Part shown: one piece after another, positions 27,361 through 35,853 of the stretch
How positions within the stretch are numbered: position 1 is the first letter of the stretch
How the letters are laid out: the number at the start of each line of letters is the position of its first letter
Assembly: GCA_035719525.1 (NCBI GenBank)
Contig: DASTFY010000247.1
Location: forward strand, 1-41,431
Length of the DNA: 41,431 bases
Direction: 5' to 3'
Source of the DNA: Acidimicrobiales bacterium
Lineage (GTDB): Bacteria; Actinomycetota; Acidimicrobiia; Acidimicrobiales; Ilumatobacteraceae
Position numbers and translations under genes: made by a program
Notes under the pieces: model-generated
Databases searched by the model: none
What the model saw: the letters and a program-made list of their open reading frames with translations, nothing else
What the model was told of the DNA's origin: nothing

Positions 27361-28910
27361 GCAGCGCGGTGGCCGCCGTCCTCCGCCGCCTCGCCGACAC
27401 CTACGTCGACTCCGTGCTGCTGCTGGCTGCCACCCGCGCCATGCAAGAGGTCGAAGGAGTCACCTGGGCGACGGCGGTCATGGCCACGCCGGCGAACCTC
27501 GAGGCACTCGAAGACCAGGGTGTCACTGGACCAGAGCTCTCAGGCGCCGCCGCCAACGACCTGGTGCTGGCCGTTCGAGCCGGCGACGCGGCCGCGGCCG
27601 ACCGGGCCCTGGATGGCGGGACCTCGGCGGTGCGGGGCCAGCGGTCGGGCGCAGGAGAACCCGGGCCGGTACCAGCGGCGCGGGACCTAGCCTTGGCGGC
27701 TCGGGAGCTGCCGGGGGCCAACATCGCCATCGTCTCGGTGCCGGGCGCCTATGCCGCCCTCGAGGCCCACAAGGCGCTCTCGGCCGGGTTGGACGTATTG
27801 CTGTTCAGCGACAACGTTCCCGTCGATGAGGAAGTCGAGCTGAAGCGGCGCGCCGCCGAGGTCGGCCACCTGGTGATGGGCCCGGGGGCCGGCACGGCCG
27901 TGCTCGGCGGCTGCGGCCTGGGCTTCGCCAACCGCGTGCGGCCCGGCCGAGTCGGGGTGGTGGCGGCCGCCGGCACCGGTGCCCAGGAGGTCATGAGCCT
28001 CCTCGACCAGTGGGGAGAGGGGATCAGTCAGGTCATCGGGGTGGGCGGCCGCGACCTGTCGAGCGCCGTCGGCGGGGCCATGGCGACGTTGGCTGTCCAG
28101 GCGCTCGACGCCGATCCGGCCACCGAGGTCATACTGCTGGTCTCCAAGCCGCCGGCGCCGGACGTGGCCCGACGGGTGGCTTCCGCGGCGGTGGCGACAC
28201 CGCTGGTCGCGGGGATGGTCGGGTGGCCGGCCGGCACCGCCCTGGCCGGCGCGGCCGCCGTCCGCTCGACGCTGGAAGGTGCGGCGCTCAGCACCCTGGA
28301 GGTGCTCGGGCAACCACCACCGCGCCCCGACAGCGCGTTGGCGGCCTCGGTCCGTCGCGCCATCGAACACCTCCCGCCCTCCCGCACGCTGGTACGGGGC
28401 CTCTACTCGGGTGGCACGCTCTGCTACGAGGCGCTGAGCCTGCTCGAGCCGGCGCTGGGACCGGTCTGGTCGAACACGCCGCTCGACCCCCGCTACCGCG
28501 TGCCCGCACCTGCCGATGCGCACGTCTGCCTCGACCTGGGCGAGGAGGAGTACACGCAGGGCCGCCCCCACCCGATGATCGACCCGGAAGCGCGACTCGA
28601 CGAGCTGGAGGCGCTGCGAACGGCCGGGGACGTCGCGGCCGTCGTGCTGGACGTGGTGCTCGGCTACGGGGCCCATCCCGATCCTGCGGCCGTCCTGGCG
28701 CCGGTCTGTGCGGAGCTGACCGGCCCCGGTGGCCCGTGCGTCGTCGTGTACGTGCTGGGCACCGAAGGCGATCCCCAGGGCCTGGCCCGGCAGCGGGCCG
28801 CGTTGGTGGAAGCCGGCTGCATCGTGGCCCCCACCGGCGCACGGGCCGCGCTCGCCGCGGCGGCGATCGCAACCCGGGACCCGATGCTGGTGGAGCAGAC
28901 CGTTCCGTGA
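27357..28910 (+). CDS. FdrA-family protein (AllF-like, succinyl-CoA-synthetase-like fold)
   Basis: ATG at 27357 (ATGA overlap with arcC). YVDSV.LL..............A.MATP.N. at the N-terminus, then NIAIVSVPG.YA and GPG.GTA...........VG.V.A.GTG.QE. Confidence 0.75.
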   Translation: MSSAVAAVLRRLADTYVDSVLLLAATRAMQEVEGVTWATAVMATPANLEALEDQGVTGPELSGAAANDLVLAVRAGDAAAADRALDGGTSAVRGQRSGAGEPGPVPAARDLALAARELPGANIAIVSVPGAYAALEAHKALSAGLDVLLFSDNVPVDEEVELKRRAAEVGHLVMGPGAGTAVLGGCGLGFANRVRPGRVGVVAAAGTGAQEVMSLLDQWGEGISQVIGVGGRDLSSAVGGAMATLAVQALDADPATEVILLVSKPPAPDVARRVASAAVATPLVAGMVGWPAGTALAGAAAVRSTLEGAALSTLEVLGQPPPRPDSALAASVRRAIEHLPPSRTLVRGLYSGGTLCYEALSLLEPALGPVWSNTPLDPRYRVPAPADAHVCLDLGEEEYTQGRPHPMIDPEARLDELEALRTAGDVAAVVLDVVLGYGAHPDPAAVLAPVCAELTGPGGPCVVVYVLGTEGDPQGLARQRAALVEAGCIVAPTGARAALAAAAIATRDPMLVEQTVP

Positions 28911-30070
28911 CGGCGGTCGCGCTCGTCACCTACTCGACCAAGCCGCGGGGCGGCGTCGTGCACACCGTGTGCCTGGGCGAGGCGCTGGTCCGGGAGGGCC
29001 TCGACGTGGAGGTCATCGCGCTCGGGGATCCCGCCGCCGGCTTCTTCCGGCCCGTCGCGGTGCCGCACCGCTTCCTTCCCGCGCCGGCACATCTGGACAC
29101 ACTCGAGGAGCGGGTGATGGCCTCGGTCGACGCGCTGGCCGACGGGCTACGGCGCATGGCCGACGCGGGAGACCTGCCGCCGATCCTCCACACCCAGGAC
29201 TGCATCTCCGCCCGGGCCGCGGTGCGCGTACGCGACGAAGGGATGCCGGTGCGCGTGTTGCGCACCGTGCACCACGTCGACGACTTCACCACACCGGCCC
29301 TGATCGAGTGCCAGCTCCGATCGATCCTCGACCCCGACCGATGCTTCGTGGTCAGCCGGATGTGGCAGCAGCGGTTGTTCGACGAGTACGGCGTCGTCGC
29401 GGAGGTGGTGGGCAACGGGGTGGACGTCGACCGCTTCGCCGCCGCTCCCTCACGCGCTCGCCTGGCGGCCCGGCGCGCCGAGGTCGGGGCGACCGGTCGG
29501 TTCCTCGTCCTGTCCGTCGGCGGCATCGAACCCCGCAAGGGCAGTGACCATCTGGTGCGCTCCTTGGCGCTCCTGGCGGATCGGCTGGACCACCGACCCG
29601 TCCTGGCCGTGGTCGGTGGCCACTCGTTCCAGGATCACCGCGCCTATCGGGAGAACGTGCTGGCGTCACTGCCCGCCCTCGGCTTGGAGCTCGGGCGCGA
29701 TGTCGTGCTCCTCGGTACGGTGCCGGACGGCGACCTGCCGTGCTGGTACCACGCGGCCGACGTCTTCGCCTTCCCGTCCGTGAACGAGGGCTTCGGGCTG
29801 GCGGTGCTGGAAGCGCTGGCCGCCGGAACGCCCACCGTCGTGGCCGATCTGCCCGTCTTCCGGGAGTACCTGACCTACGGGCGCGATGTGCTGGCGGTCC
29901 CGCCCGGCGATGACACCGCCCTCGCCGACGCGCTGCACTGCATCGCCACCGACCCTTCCCTGCGAGGCCGCCTGGCCGGTGCCGGGCGCCAGGTCGCCGC
30001 TCGCTTCACCTGGACCCGCGCCGCCGAACAACACCTGGCCGTCTACCGCTCGCTACCCCCGCTGCCGTAG
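28907..30070 (+). CDS. glycosyltransferase, MSMEG_0565 family (Nit1C component; GT-B/GT4-like)
   Basis: GTG at 28907 (GTGA overlap with fdrA-like). ALVTYSTKPRGGVVHT N-terminus and the C-terminal FPS..EGFGL..LEALA.G.P. Confidence 0.75.
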   Translation: MTAVALVTYSTKPRGGVVHTVCLGEALVREGLDVEVIALGDPAAGFFRPVAVPHRFLPAPAHLDTLEERVMASVDALADGLRRMADAGDLPPILHTQDCISARAAVRVRDEGMPVRVLRTVHHVDDFTTPALIECQLRSILDPDRCFVVSRMWQQRLFDEYGVVAEVVGNGVDVDRFAAAPSRARLAARRAEVGATGRFLVLSVGGIEPRKGSDHLVRSLALLADRLDHRPVLAVVGGHSFQDHRAYRENVLASLPALGLELGRDVVLLGTVPDGDLPCWYHAADVFAFPSVNEGFGLAVLEALAAGTPTVVADLPVFREYLTYGRDVLAVPPGDDTALADALHCIATDPSLRGRLAGAGRQVAARFTWTRAAEQHLAVYRSLPPLP

Positions 30071-30085
30071 CGGACGCCGAGGTCG

Positions 30086-30850
30086 TCAGCCGAGGTGGTG
30101 GCCGAAGAACTCGATGGTCCGGCCCCACGCCGCGCCGGCGGCGCTGTCGGTGTCATCGATGTCGCCCCGGGCCAGGAAGCCGTGCCCGACGCCCGGGTAG
30201 ATGGTGTGGGTGAAGTCCACGCCCGCGTCGCGCGCCGCGGCGGCGAACTTCTCCACGTCGGCGATCGAGACGCCCTCGTCACCATCGCCCCAGAACCCGA
30301 CGATGGGCCCCTCCATGTCACCGACCACATCGAGGGGGACGGGCGGGCTGGTGGCGGTGGGCCCGTGAGGGCTGCCGACCGGGAAGCCGTAGAAGCAGAC
30401 TGTGGCCAGGTGGTCGTGGATGGCGGCGAGGTCGAGCACCAGCGTCCCGCCCATGCAGAACCCGACCGTGCCGACCCGACCGTCGGCGGTGGAAGGCTGG
30501 TCGCTCAGCCAGGCGAGGGCGGCCGTCAGGTCGGCGAGAGTCTGGTTCTCGTCGAGGCGACCTCGGCGGGCGAAGGCCGCCTCACGGGTGTGCTCCGCGA
30601 GAGGGCCCTGGCGGAAGAAGTAGTCGGGTAGCAGCGCGTGATAGCCGGTGGCGGCCAGGCGCGCCGCGAGGTCCTCGTAGAACGGACTGCGCCCGAAGAT
30701 GTCGGACACGACGAGCACGGCCGGGGCCGCCTCGCTGCCGGCCCGGGCCATGAGCGCGGTCATGCGCTCCCCGCTCGGCAACTCGATGGACACCTCGGCC
30801 TGCTGGACCTGCGGAGTGTCGCGGCCATCAGGGACGTCAGGGTGGCACAT
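30086..30850 (-). CDS. dienelactone hydrolase family protein
   Basis: ATG at 30850. GFCMGG nucleophile motif and the C-terminal Y.GVGHGF. Confidence 0.85.
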   Translation of the reverse strand: MCHPDVPDGRDTPQVQQAEVSIELPSGERMTALMARAGSEAAPAVLVVSDIFGRSPFYEDLAARLAATGYHALLPDYFFRQGPLAEHTREAAFARRGRLDENQTLADLTAALAWLSDQPSTADGRVGTVGFCMGGTLVLDLAAIHDHLATVCFYGFPVGSPHGPTATSPPVPLDVVGDMEGPIVGFWGDGDEGVSIADVEKFAAAARDAGVDFTHTIYPGVGHGFLARGDIDDTDSAAGAAWGRTIEFFGHHLG

Positions 30851-30895
30851 GGGCGGACGATAGCGCCGGGCCACCGGTGAGACGATGGGAAGACG

Positions 30896-31939
30896 ATGAA
30901 GGTCGACGTGATGACACCGGCTCGGCCGCTGGCCGAGATCCAGCGGCTGGCCCACGATGCGCTGGCGGCTGGCTTCGACGGCGTCGTCCTGACCGAAGGT
31001 GGGCGCACCGCGTACCTCTCCTGCGCCGCGGCGATCCTGGCCGCGCCGGAACTGGATGTGCTGACCGGAGTGGCCGTGGCGTTCCCCCGCAGCCCGATGG
31101 TGACCGCGCAGGTGGCCTGGGAGCTGGCCGACGCCAGCGGCGGCCGCTTTCGACTCGGGTTGGGGACGCAGGTGCGCACCCACGTCGAGCGCCGGTACGG
31201 CGTCAGCTTCGATCCTCCCGGTCCTCGGCTGGAGGAATACGTCCGAGCCGTTCGCGCCTGCTTCGCGGCCTTCCGGGGCGAGGCACCGCTCGACTTCCAC
31301 GGTCGCTTCCACGAGCTGACCTTCCTCAACGCCCAGTGGTCACCCGGGCGGTTGGCCGTGGGCGACCCGCCGGTGGACGTGGCCGCCGTGAACCCGTGGA
31401 TGTTGCGCATGGCGGGACGAGTGGCCGACGGGCTGCACGTGCACCCCCTCGGTCACGCGGGCTACCTCCGCGACGTCGCCCGGCCCGCGGTCCTCGCCGG
31501 CGCCCGGGCTGTCGGTCGCGACCCAGCGGAGGTGCAGGTGATCGTGCCGGTGCTCACCGTCGCGGGTGACACGGAGGAGGAGCGGGCTTGGAGCCGCTCG
31601 CTCGTGCGGGCGCAGCTCTCGTTCTACGCCTCGACGCCGACCTACCGGTTCATTCTCGAAGCGGCGGGTTTCTCTGGCCTCAATGAGCAGTTGCGGGCGC
31701 AACAGAAGGCCGGTGATGTGGCCGGCATGGCCGATCTCATCAGCGACGACGTGCTGGCCGTGTTCGCCACCGAGGCGATCTGGGACGACCTGGCCGCTGC
31801 GTTGGTCGCCCGTTACCGCGGACTGGCCGATCGGCTGGTGCTGTACGTCGCCGGCTTCTCCTGGGGTCGCGGCGACGGCGCGTTCGCCCGCCTTGGTGAG
31901 GTGGCCCGAGGCGTACGGGAGTTGACGACCGCGGCCTGA
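30896..31939 (+). CDS. LLM-class (luciferase-like) F420-dependent oxidoreductase
   Basis: 347 aa. GRF.LGLG.Q and overall LLM layout. F420 dependence is inferred from family resemblance only. Confidence 0.7.
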   Translation: MKVDVMTPARPLAEIQRLAHDALAAGFDGVVLTEGGRTAYLSCAAAILAAPELDVLTGVAVAFPRSPMVTAQVAWELADASGGRFRLGLGTQVRTHVERRYGVSFDPPGPRLEEYVRAVRACFAAFRGEAPLDFHGRFHELTFLNAQWSPGRLAVGDPPVDVAAVNPWMLRMAGRVADGLHVHPLGHAGYLRDVARPAVLAGARAVGRDPAEVQVIVPVLTVAGDTEEERAWSRSLVRAQLSFYASTPTYRFILEAAGFSGLNEQLRAQQKAGDVAGMADLISDDVLAVFATEAIWDDLAAALVARYRGLADRLVLYVAGFSWGRGDGAFARLGEVARGVRELTTAA

Positions 31940-31976
31940 GCGATGAGGTCTCGGGGTCCATGGGTACCGTGCCCAC

Positions 31977-32357
31977 GTGGACCCTGCGATCCAGCACGCC
32001 CTCGATCACGACCTCACGGTGGACATCACCACCACCGGCCGCCGCAGCGGTCAGCCCCGGCGGCTGGAGATCTGGATGCTGCAGGTCGAGGGTCGGTGGT
32101 TCATCACCGGGACACCAGGGCCGCGGGACTGGCTGGCCAACCTGCGCGCCGATCCTCGTCTCACGCTGCACCTGAAGGAGTCCGCCACCGCCGACCTCCC
32201 GGCCCGCGCCGTGGAGGTGACCGATGGTTCGACCCGCCGCCGTGTCCTCACCCACGCGGTGGCCCGCTGGTACCGCAGCCAGCATGACGTGGAGGGGCTG
32301 GTGGCCGACGCCCCGATGGTCGAGCTGTTCTTCGAGCAGGGCGCCGGGGCAGAGTGA
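31977..32357 (+). CDS. deazaflavin-dependent nitroreductase-like protein (DUF385/Ddn family)
   Basis: ITTTGRRSGQPRR.EI......G.....G..G.RDW..NL.A.P is characteristic of the DUF385 family. Confidence 0.7.
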   Translation: MDPAIQHALDHDLTVDITTTGRRSGQPRRLEIWMLQVEGRWFITGTPGPRDWLANLRADPRLTLHLKESATADLPARAVEVTDGSTRRRVLTHAVARWYRSQHDVEGLVADAPMVELFFEQGAGAE

Positions 32358-32377
32358 GGCAGCGCCGTTTGCGTTCA

Positions 32378-32416
32378 TGGCCGATCTGATCGCGCATAGC
32401 GCGCCTGGATCGGCCA
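32378..32416 (+). terminator. nested hairpin downstream of the DUF385 gene
   Basis: Outer arms TGGCCGATC / GATCGGCCA, inner CGCGC-ATA-GCGCG. No T-tract follows. Confidence 0.3.
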
Positions 32417-32493
32417 CGAACCACCGGCGGTAGGTTCTCCGCGCCGCTGGAGTGGCGGCGCCCCGCGGGCCTCGCCTACACGAGGGCAGAGGC

Positions 32494-32577
32494 ACTTGTA
32501 CGGTTCGATTAGTTCGCCGCTGATCGCGCAACTACTAACTTGTACGGTACGGTTCCGATACGCCTCTGCGTACAAGT
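32494..32577. promoter_or_regulatory. three copies of ACTTGTACG (two direct, one inverted) upstream of fic; candidate operator
   Basis: ACTTGTACG at 32494-32502 and 32538-32546; the reverse complement CGTACAAGT at 32569-32577, just upstream of the AGGAGA RBS. Confidence 0.4.
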
Positions 32578-32591
32578 TTTCAGGAGAGCCC

Positions 32592-33581
32592 GTGGTCGGA
32601 CGCCCCTCACGACAAGCGATCTACGACCGCCTCGACGCGGCGTTCGCCGAGCTGCGCGACCGGATGGGTGGCCTCCCGAACCCGGTGGAGGCCGAGGGCA
32701 TCTGGACGACGATCTGGTACGAGGAGGCGCATCACTCCACGGCGATCGAGGGCAACACGCTCGTGCTCAAGCAGGTGGAGCGGCTCCTGGCCGACGGCGT
32801 TGCCGTCGGCAACAAGGAGCTCAAGGAGTACATGGAGGTCCAGGGCTACGCCACCGCCGCGAAGTGGGTCTACGGCCAAGCCCTCGAGCCGGGAGCCTGG
32901 AGCGATGGCGAGCTCCTCACCATCACCGAGGTCCGACAGGTCCACGCCACGGCGCTCGGACCCGTCTGGGACGTCGCGCCCCACCCGGACGCGACGGACC
33001 GCGAGGCGCCGGGCAGCTTTCGTGAGCACGACATCCACCCCTTCCCGGGCGGGATGACCCCTCCCCCCTGGACGGAGGTGGCGGTGGCTGTTCGCAAGTG
33101 GCTCGACGAGCTGAGCCACGCGGGCGACGCAGCGCGGCCCATCGAGGCGCTGGCCCACGCCCACAACAGCTTCGAGCGCATCCACCCGTTCCTCGACGGC
33201 AACGGGCGCACCGGACGGCTCTTGCTCAATCTCGTCCTCGTACGACTCGGCTACGCGCCTGCGATCATCTACAAGCGCGATAGGACGAAGTACCTCAACG
33301 CGCTGCGGTCCGCCGACACTGGTGACCCAGGGCCGCTCGGCGAGATGATCGCTCGATCGGTGCTCGACAACCTCTACCGGTTCATCGTGCCGGCCGTTGC
33401 AGGACCGAACCGTCTTGTGCCTCTCGCTGCCCTCAGCACCGACACGCTCACCGAGGGAGCGCTCCGCGTCGCCGCGAACCGCAACCGGCTCCAGGCCCAG
33501 AAAGGCCCGGACGGTCAATGGCGAAGCACCCGAGCATGGGTGGACGACTACGTCGCTTCACGCCACAAGCGCGAACGATGA
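32592..33581 (+). CDS. Fic-family protein (AMPylase type, class II auto-inhibited)
   Basis: GTG at 32592 after AGGAGA. Canonical active site HPFLDGNGRTGR, and an N-terminal inhibitory-helix motif STAIEG ([S/T]xxxE[G/N]). Confidence 0.85.
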   Translation: MVGRPSRQAIYDRLDAAFAELRDRMGGLPNPVEAEGIWTTIWYEEAHHSTAIEGNTLVLKQVERLLADGVAVGNKELKEYMEVQGYATAAKWVYGQALEPGAWSDGELLTITEVRQVHATALGPVWDVAPHPDATDREAPGSFREHDIHPFPGGMTPPPWTEVAVAVRKWLDELSHAGDAARPIEALAHAHNSFERIHPFLDGNGRTGRLLLNLVLVRLGYAPAIIYKRDRTKYLNALRSADTGDPGPLGEMIARSVLDNLYRFIVPAVAGPNRLVPLAALSTDTLTEGALRVAANRNRLQAQKGPDGQWRSTRAWVDDYVASRHKRER

Positions 33582-33721
33582 CGAACGCACGGAACGCGCC
33601 ACGCACGGACGCGCGTCGGCCTTCGGAATGGCACGGGGATGGCACGCCGGGTGCGCTGACCAACTCGAGGCGAGGATCTCAGCGCGAGCGCTGACCGGGT
33701 TGACCTGCGCCGAAAGACTCG

Positions 33722-33792
33722 AGCGGGCGACGGGAATCGAACCCGCGTTCTCAGCTTGGGAAGCTGATGTTCTGCCGCTGAACTACGCCCGC
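33722..33792 (-). tRNA. tRNA-Gly (anticodon CCC)
   Basis: Manual cloverleaf: acceptor GCGGGCG/CGCCCGC, D stem GTTC/GAAC, anticodon stem TCAGC/GCTGA with loop TTCCCAA, T arm GCGGG-TTCGATT-CCCGT. 71 nt; CCA is not encoded. Confidence 0.85.
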
Positions 33793-34013
33793 GGGAACGG
33801 TCGCGAAGGCTACCCGTCGTGTCAGGTGTGGTCATGTCCGAACCGGATCGGGTGCCGTCGGCGTACCCCCGGACATGTTCGATTCCACCGCTTCCCTCTT
33901 CCTCCACGCTCTCGAGCGCGGACGGTACGGGCTCGGTGGCGAGGCGCGCTCGCACACGACCCGCCCGGCGAGGCCGGATCACCCGCTCGAGGGCATCGCT
34001 AGGGTGCCGCTCG

Positions 34014-34583
34014 GTGATCCTGTCCGACCGCAGCATCCGGGAGGCGTTGGCTGAAGGCCGGATCGTCATCGAACCGCTGGACGAGGCCCGCATCCAGCCT
34101 TCCTCGGTGGACCTGAAGCTGGACCGCCTCTTCCGTGTCTTCCGGAACCACACCGCCGGCGTCATCGACGTCAAGGACGACCTGGAGGACCTGACCGAGC
34201 TGGTCCGGGTGCCCGAGGACGGGGTCTTCATGTTGCACCCGGGCGAGTTCGTGCTCGGCTCCACCTATGAGCGTGTGGCCCTCGGGGTCGACGTCGTCGG
34301 CCGCCTCGACGGCAAGTCCAGCCTCGGCCGCCTCGGCCTCCTGATCCACTCCACCGCGGGGTTCATCGATCCCGGTTTCGACGGCCACATCACCCTCGAG
34401 CTCTCCAACGTGGCCAGCCTGCCGATCACCCTCTATCCCGGCATGCGGATCGGGCAGATCTCGTTCCTGGCCATGACCACCGCCGCCGAGCACCCCTACG
34501 GCACCGGTGTGCTCGGTTCGAAGTACCAGGGTCAGCGGGGACCGACGCCGAGCCGCTACCACGAGAACTTCAGGCCGACCTGA
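34014..34583 (+). CDS. dcd: dCTP deaminase (probably bifunctional dCTP deaminase/dUTPase type)
   Basis: GTG at 34014 gives (M)ILSDRSI. Motifs [38 protein letters not shown]. Confidence 0.9.
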   Translation: MILSDRSIREALAEGRIVIEPLDEARIQPSSVDLKLDRLFRVFRNHTAGVIDVKDDLEDLTELVRVPEDGVFMLHPGEFVLGSTYERVALGVDVVGRLDGKSSLGRLGLLIHSTAGFIDPGFDGHITLELSNVASLPITLYPGMRIGQISFLAMTTAAEHPYGTGVLGSKYQGQRGPTPSRYHENFRPT

Positions 34584-34594
34584 CCGATCCCGGC

Positions 34595-35500
34595 TCAGCC
34601 CATCTCGTCGATCCAGTCGGAGGCCACATGGGCCCTCGGCGTGACGTCGGCGCCGTCCGACCACTCCGAGAGGTCCCGTCCGATCAGCGCGGCCAGCTCC
34701 CGGTTCGGTGCCGCGAAGCGCTCCTGCAGTCGGCGATGGAGTCTCGGGGTCAGGTCGTCGCCCAGATTGTGCCGGTGTCGGGACAGGATCGGGAAGTCGG
34801 TCGGGTTCCAGAGATCCAGCCCGACGAAGGCCTGCATCTGCCGGAAGGTCTGGCGCGGACGGTGGAAGAGGTCGTCACTCAGTAGGACGAGGAGGCGGTC
34901 GCCGACGGCGTCGCGCCAGTGCCGGATCTGCTCGGCGTACAGCCCCCGGGAGACGTACGAGTAGAGGCGGTGGTTGCGTCCGAACGGATCCGTGTCCAGG
35001 CGGTCCGCCTCGACGGCCAGCGCGCTCTCGAAGTCGAGCGGCTCGAGGCCGTTCACCCGGTTGTGCACATAGTGCGAGATGGCCCGGGTCGAGGGCTCGC
35101 GGAGCAAGGCGATGAACTTCGAGTCAGGAAGTGCAGCGGCGGCCCGCACCGGTGCACTGGGGTGGAACAAGTAGTAGGGCGAGGCTTCGCAGGTCCGCAA
35201 CGACGCGTCGGGGAGCACTGGGAAGTGACGTCGGTACCACGGCAGACCCCGCTCCCAGCGGATGCTGAGGAACTGGATCTCCTTGCGGACAGGAGGCCGC
35301 ACCTGCGGGTGCCCGGCGAGGAGCTCATAGAGCGAGGTCGTTCCCGAACGTTGGGCCCCGATCACGACAATGTGCGGGAGGGGTCGGTGGCGAGGGTCGA
35401 CGACCCGAGCGGTCACCCTCGTCGTCACCCACATCCGGCGCAGGCCGCCGATCACCGCATCCCTCGCCATGTCAGCAGCGTCGCCTGGCTTCGTGCCCAC
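34595..35500 (-). CDS. sulfotransferase family protein
   Basis: PAPS 5'-phosphosulfate-binding loop VVIGAQRSGTTSL, and the later LREP..RA.SHY motif. The start is uncertain (35500, 35470 or further in). Confidence 0.75.
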   Translation of the reverse strand: MGTKPGDAADMARDAVIGGLRRMWVTTRVTARVVDPRHRPLPHIVVIGAQRSGTTSLYELLAGHPQVRPPVRKEIQFLSIRWERGLPWYRRHFPVLPDASLRTCEASPYYLFHPSAPVRAAAALPDSKFIALLREPSTRAISHYVHNRVNGLEPLDFESALAVEADRLDTDPFGRNHRLYSYVSRGLYAEQIRHWRDAVGDRLLVLLSDDLFHRPRQTFRQMQAFVGLDLWNPTDFPILSRHRHNLGDDLTPRLHRRLQERFAAPNRELAALIGRDLSEWSDGADVTPRAHVASDWIDEMG

Positions 35501-35568
35501 GGTCGCAACGCCTGCGGTGCACGTCGCGCTTCAGTACTCGGGTGCGTCCGCTCAGTGCAGGAGGAGAC

Positions 35569-35781
35569 ATGGCAGCCACCGTCGTCGTCGTGAATCCGGC
35601 GCCGCCTGAACGGTTCCGTGCCCGCCAGTTGGCTCCGTACGCTGTGTTTGCCGGAGCAGCGCTGTTCATGTTGCTCTACGTCGTGGGCATCGAGCAAGGC
35701 CCGGTGTCCCTGATCGGCGGCAACTTCGTCCACGAGCTGGTGCACGACGGCCGGCACCTCATCGGCGTTCCCTGCCACTGA
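35569..35781 (+). CDS. cbtB: CbtB-family putative cobalt transporter subunit
   Basis: ATG at 35569 after GGAGGAG. One TM helix and the C-terminal HELVHDGRHLIGVPCH motif typical of CbtB. Confidence 0.7.
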   Translation: MAATVVVVNPAPPERFRARQLAPYAVFAGAALFMLLYVVGIEQGPVSLIGGNFVHELVHDGRHLIGVPCH

Positions 35782-35853
35782 ACGCCCCGGCCATGGTGAG
35801 GACCCTGCTGATGCGGGGCCAACTCGTGCGGGTCGCTGAGCCGGCGCAACCGT

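Noticed and set aside
32502-32510. GGTTCGATT, a tRNA T-arm-like fragment upstream of fic, as a possible att duplication of tRNA-Gly marking an island boundary
   Set aside because: Only about 9 nt match convincingly. The fragment is in the opposite orientation to the tRNA gene, whereas att repeats should be direct. No integrase is present.
35471-35568. Cobalamin riboswitch upstream of cbtB
   Set aside because: The region is too short if the sulfotransferase start is at 35500, and I could not find a B12-box-like core or the usual conserved stems by eye. A covariance-model scan would settle it.
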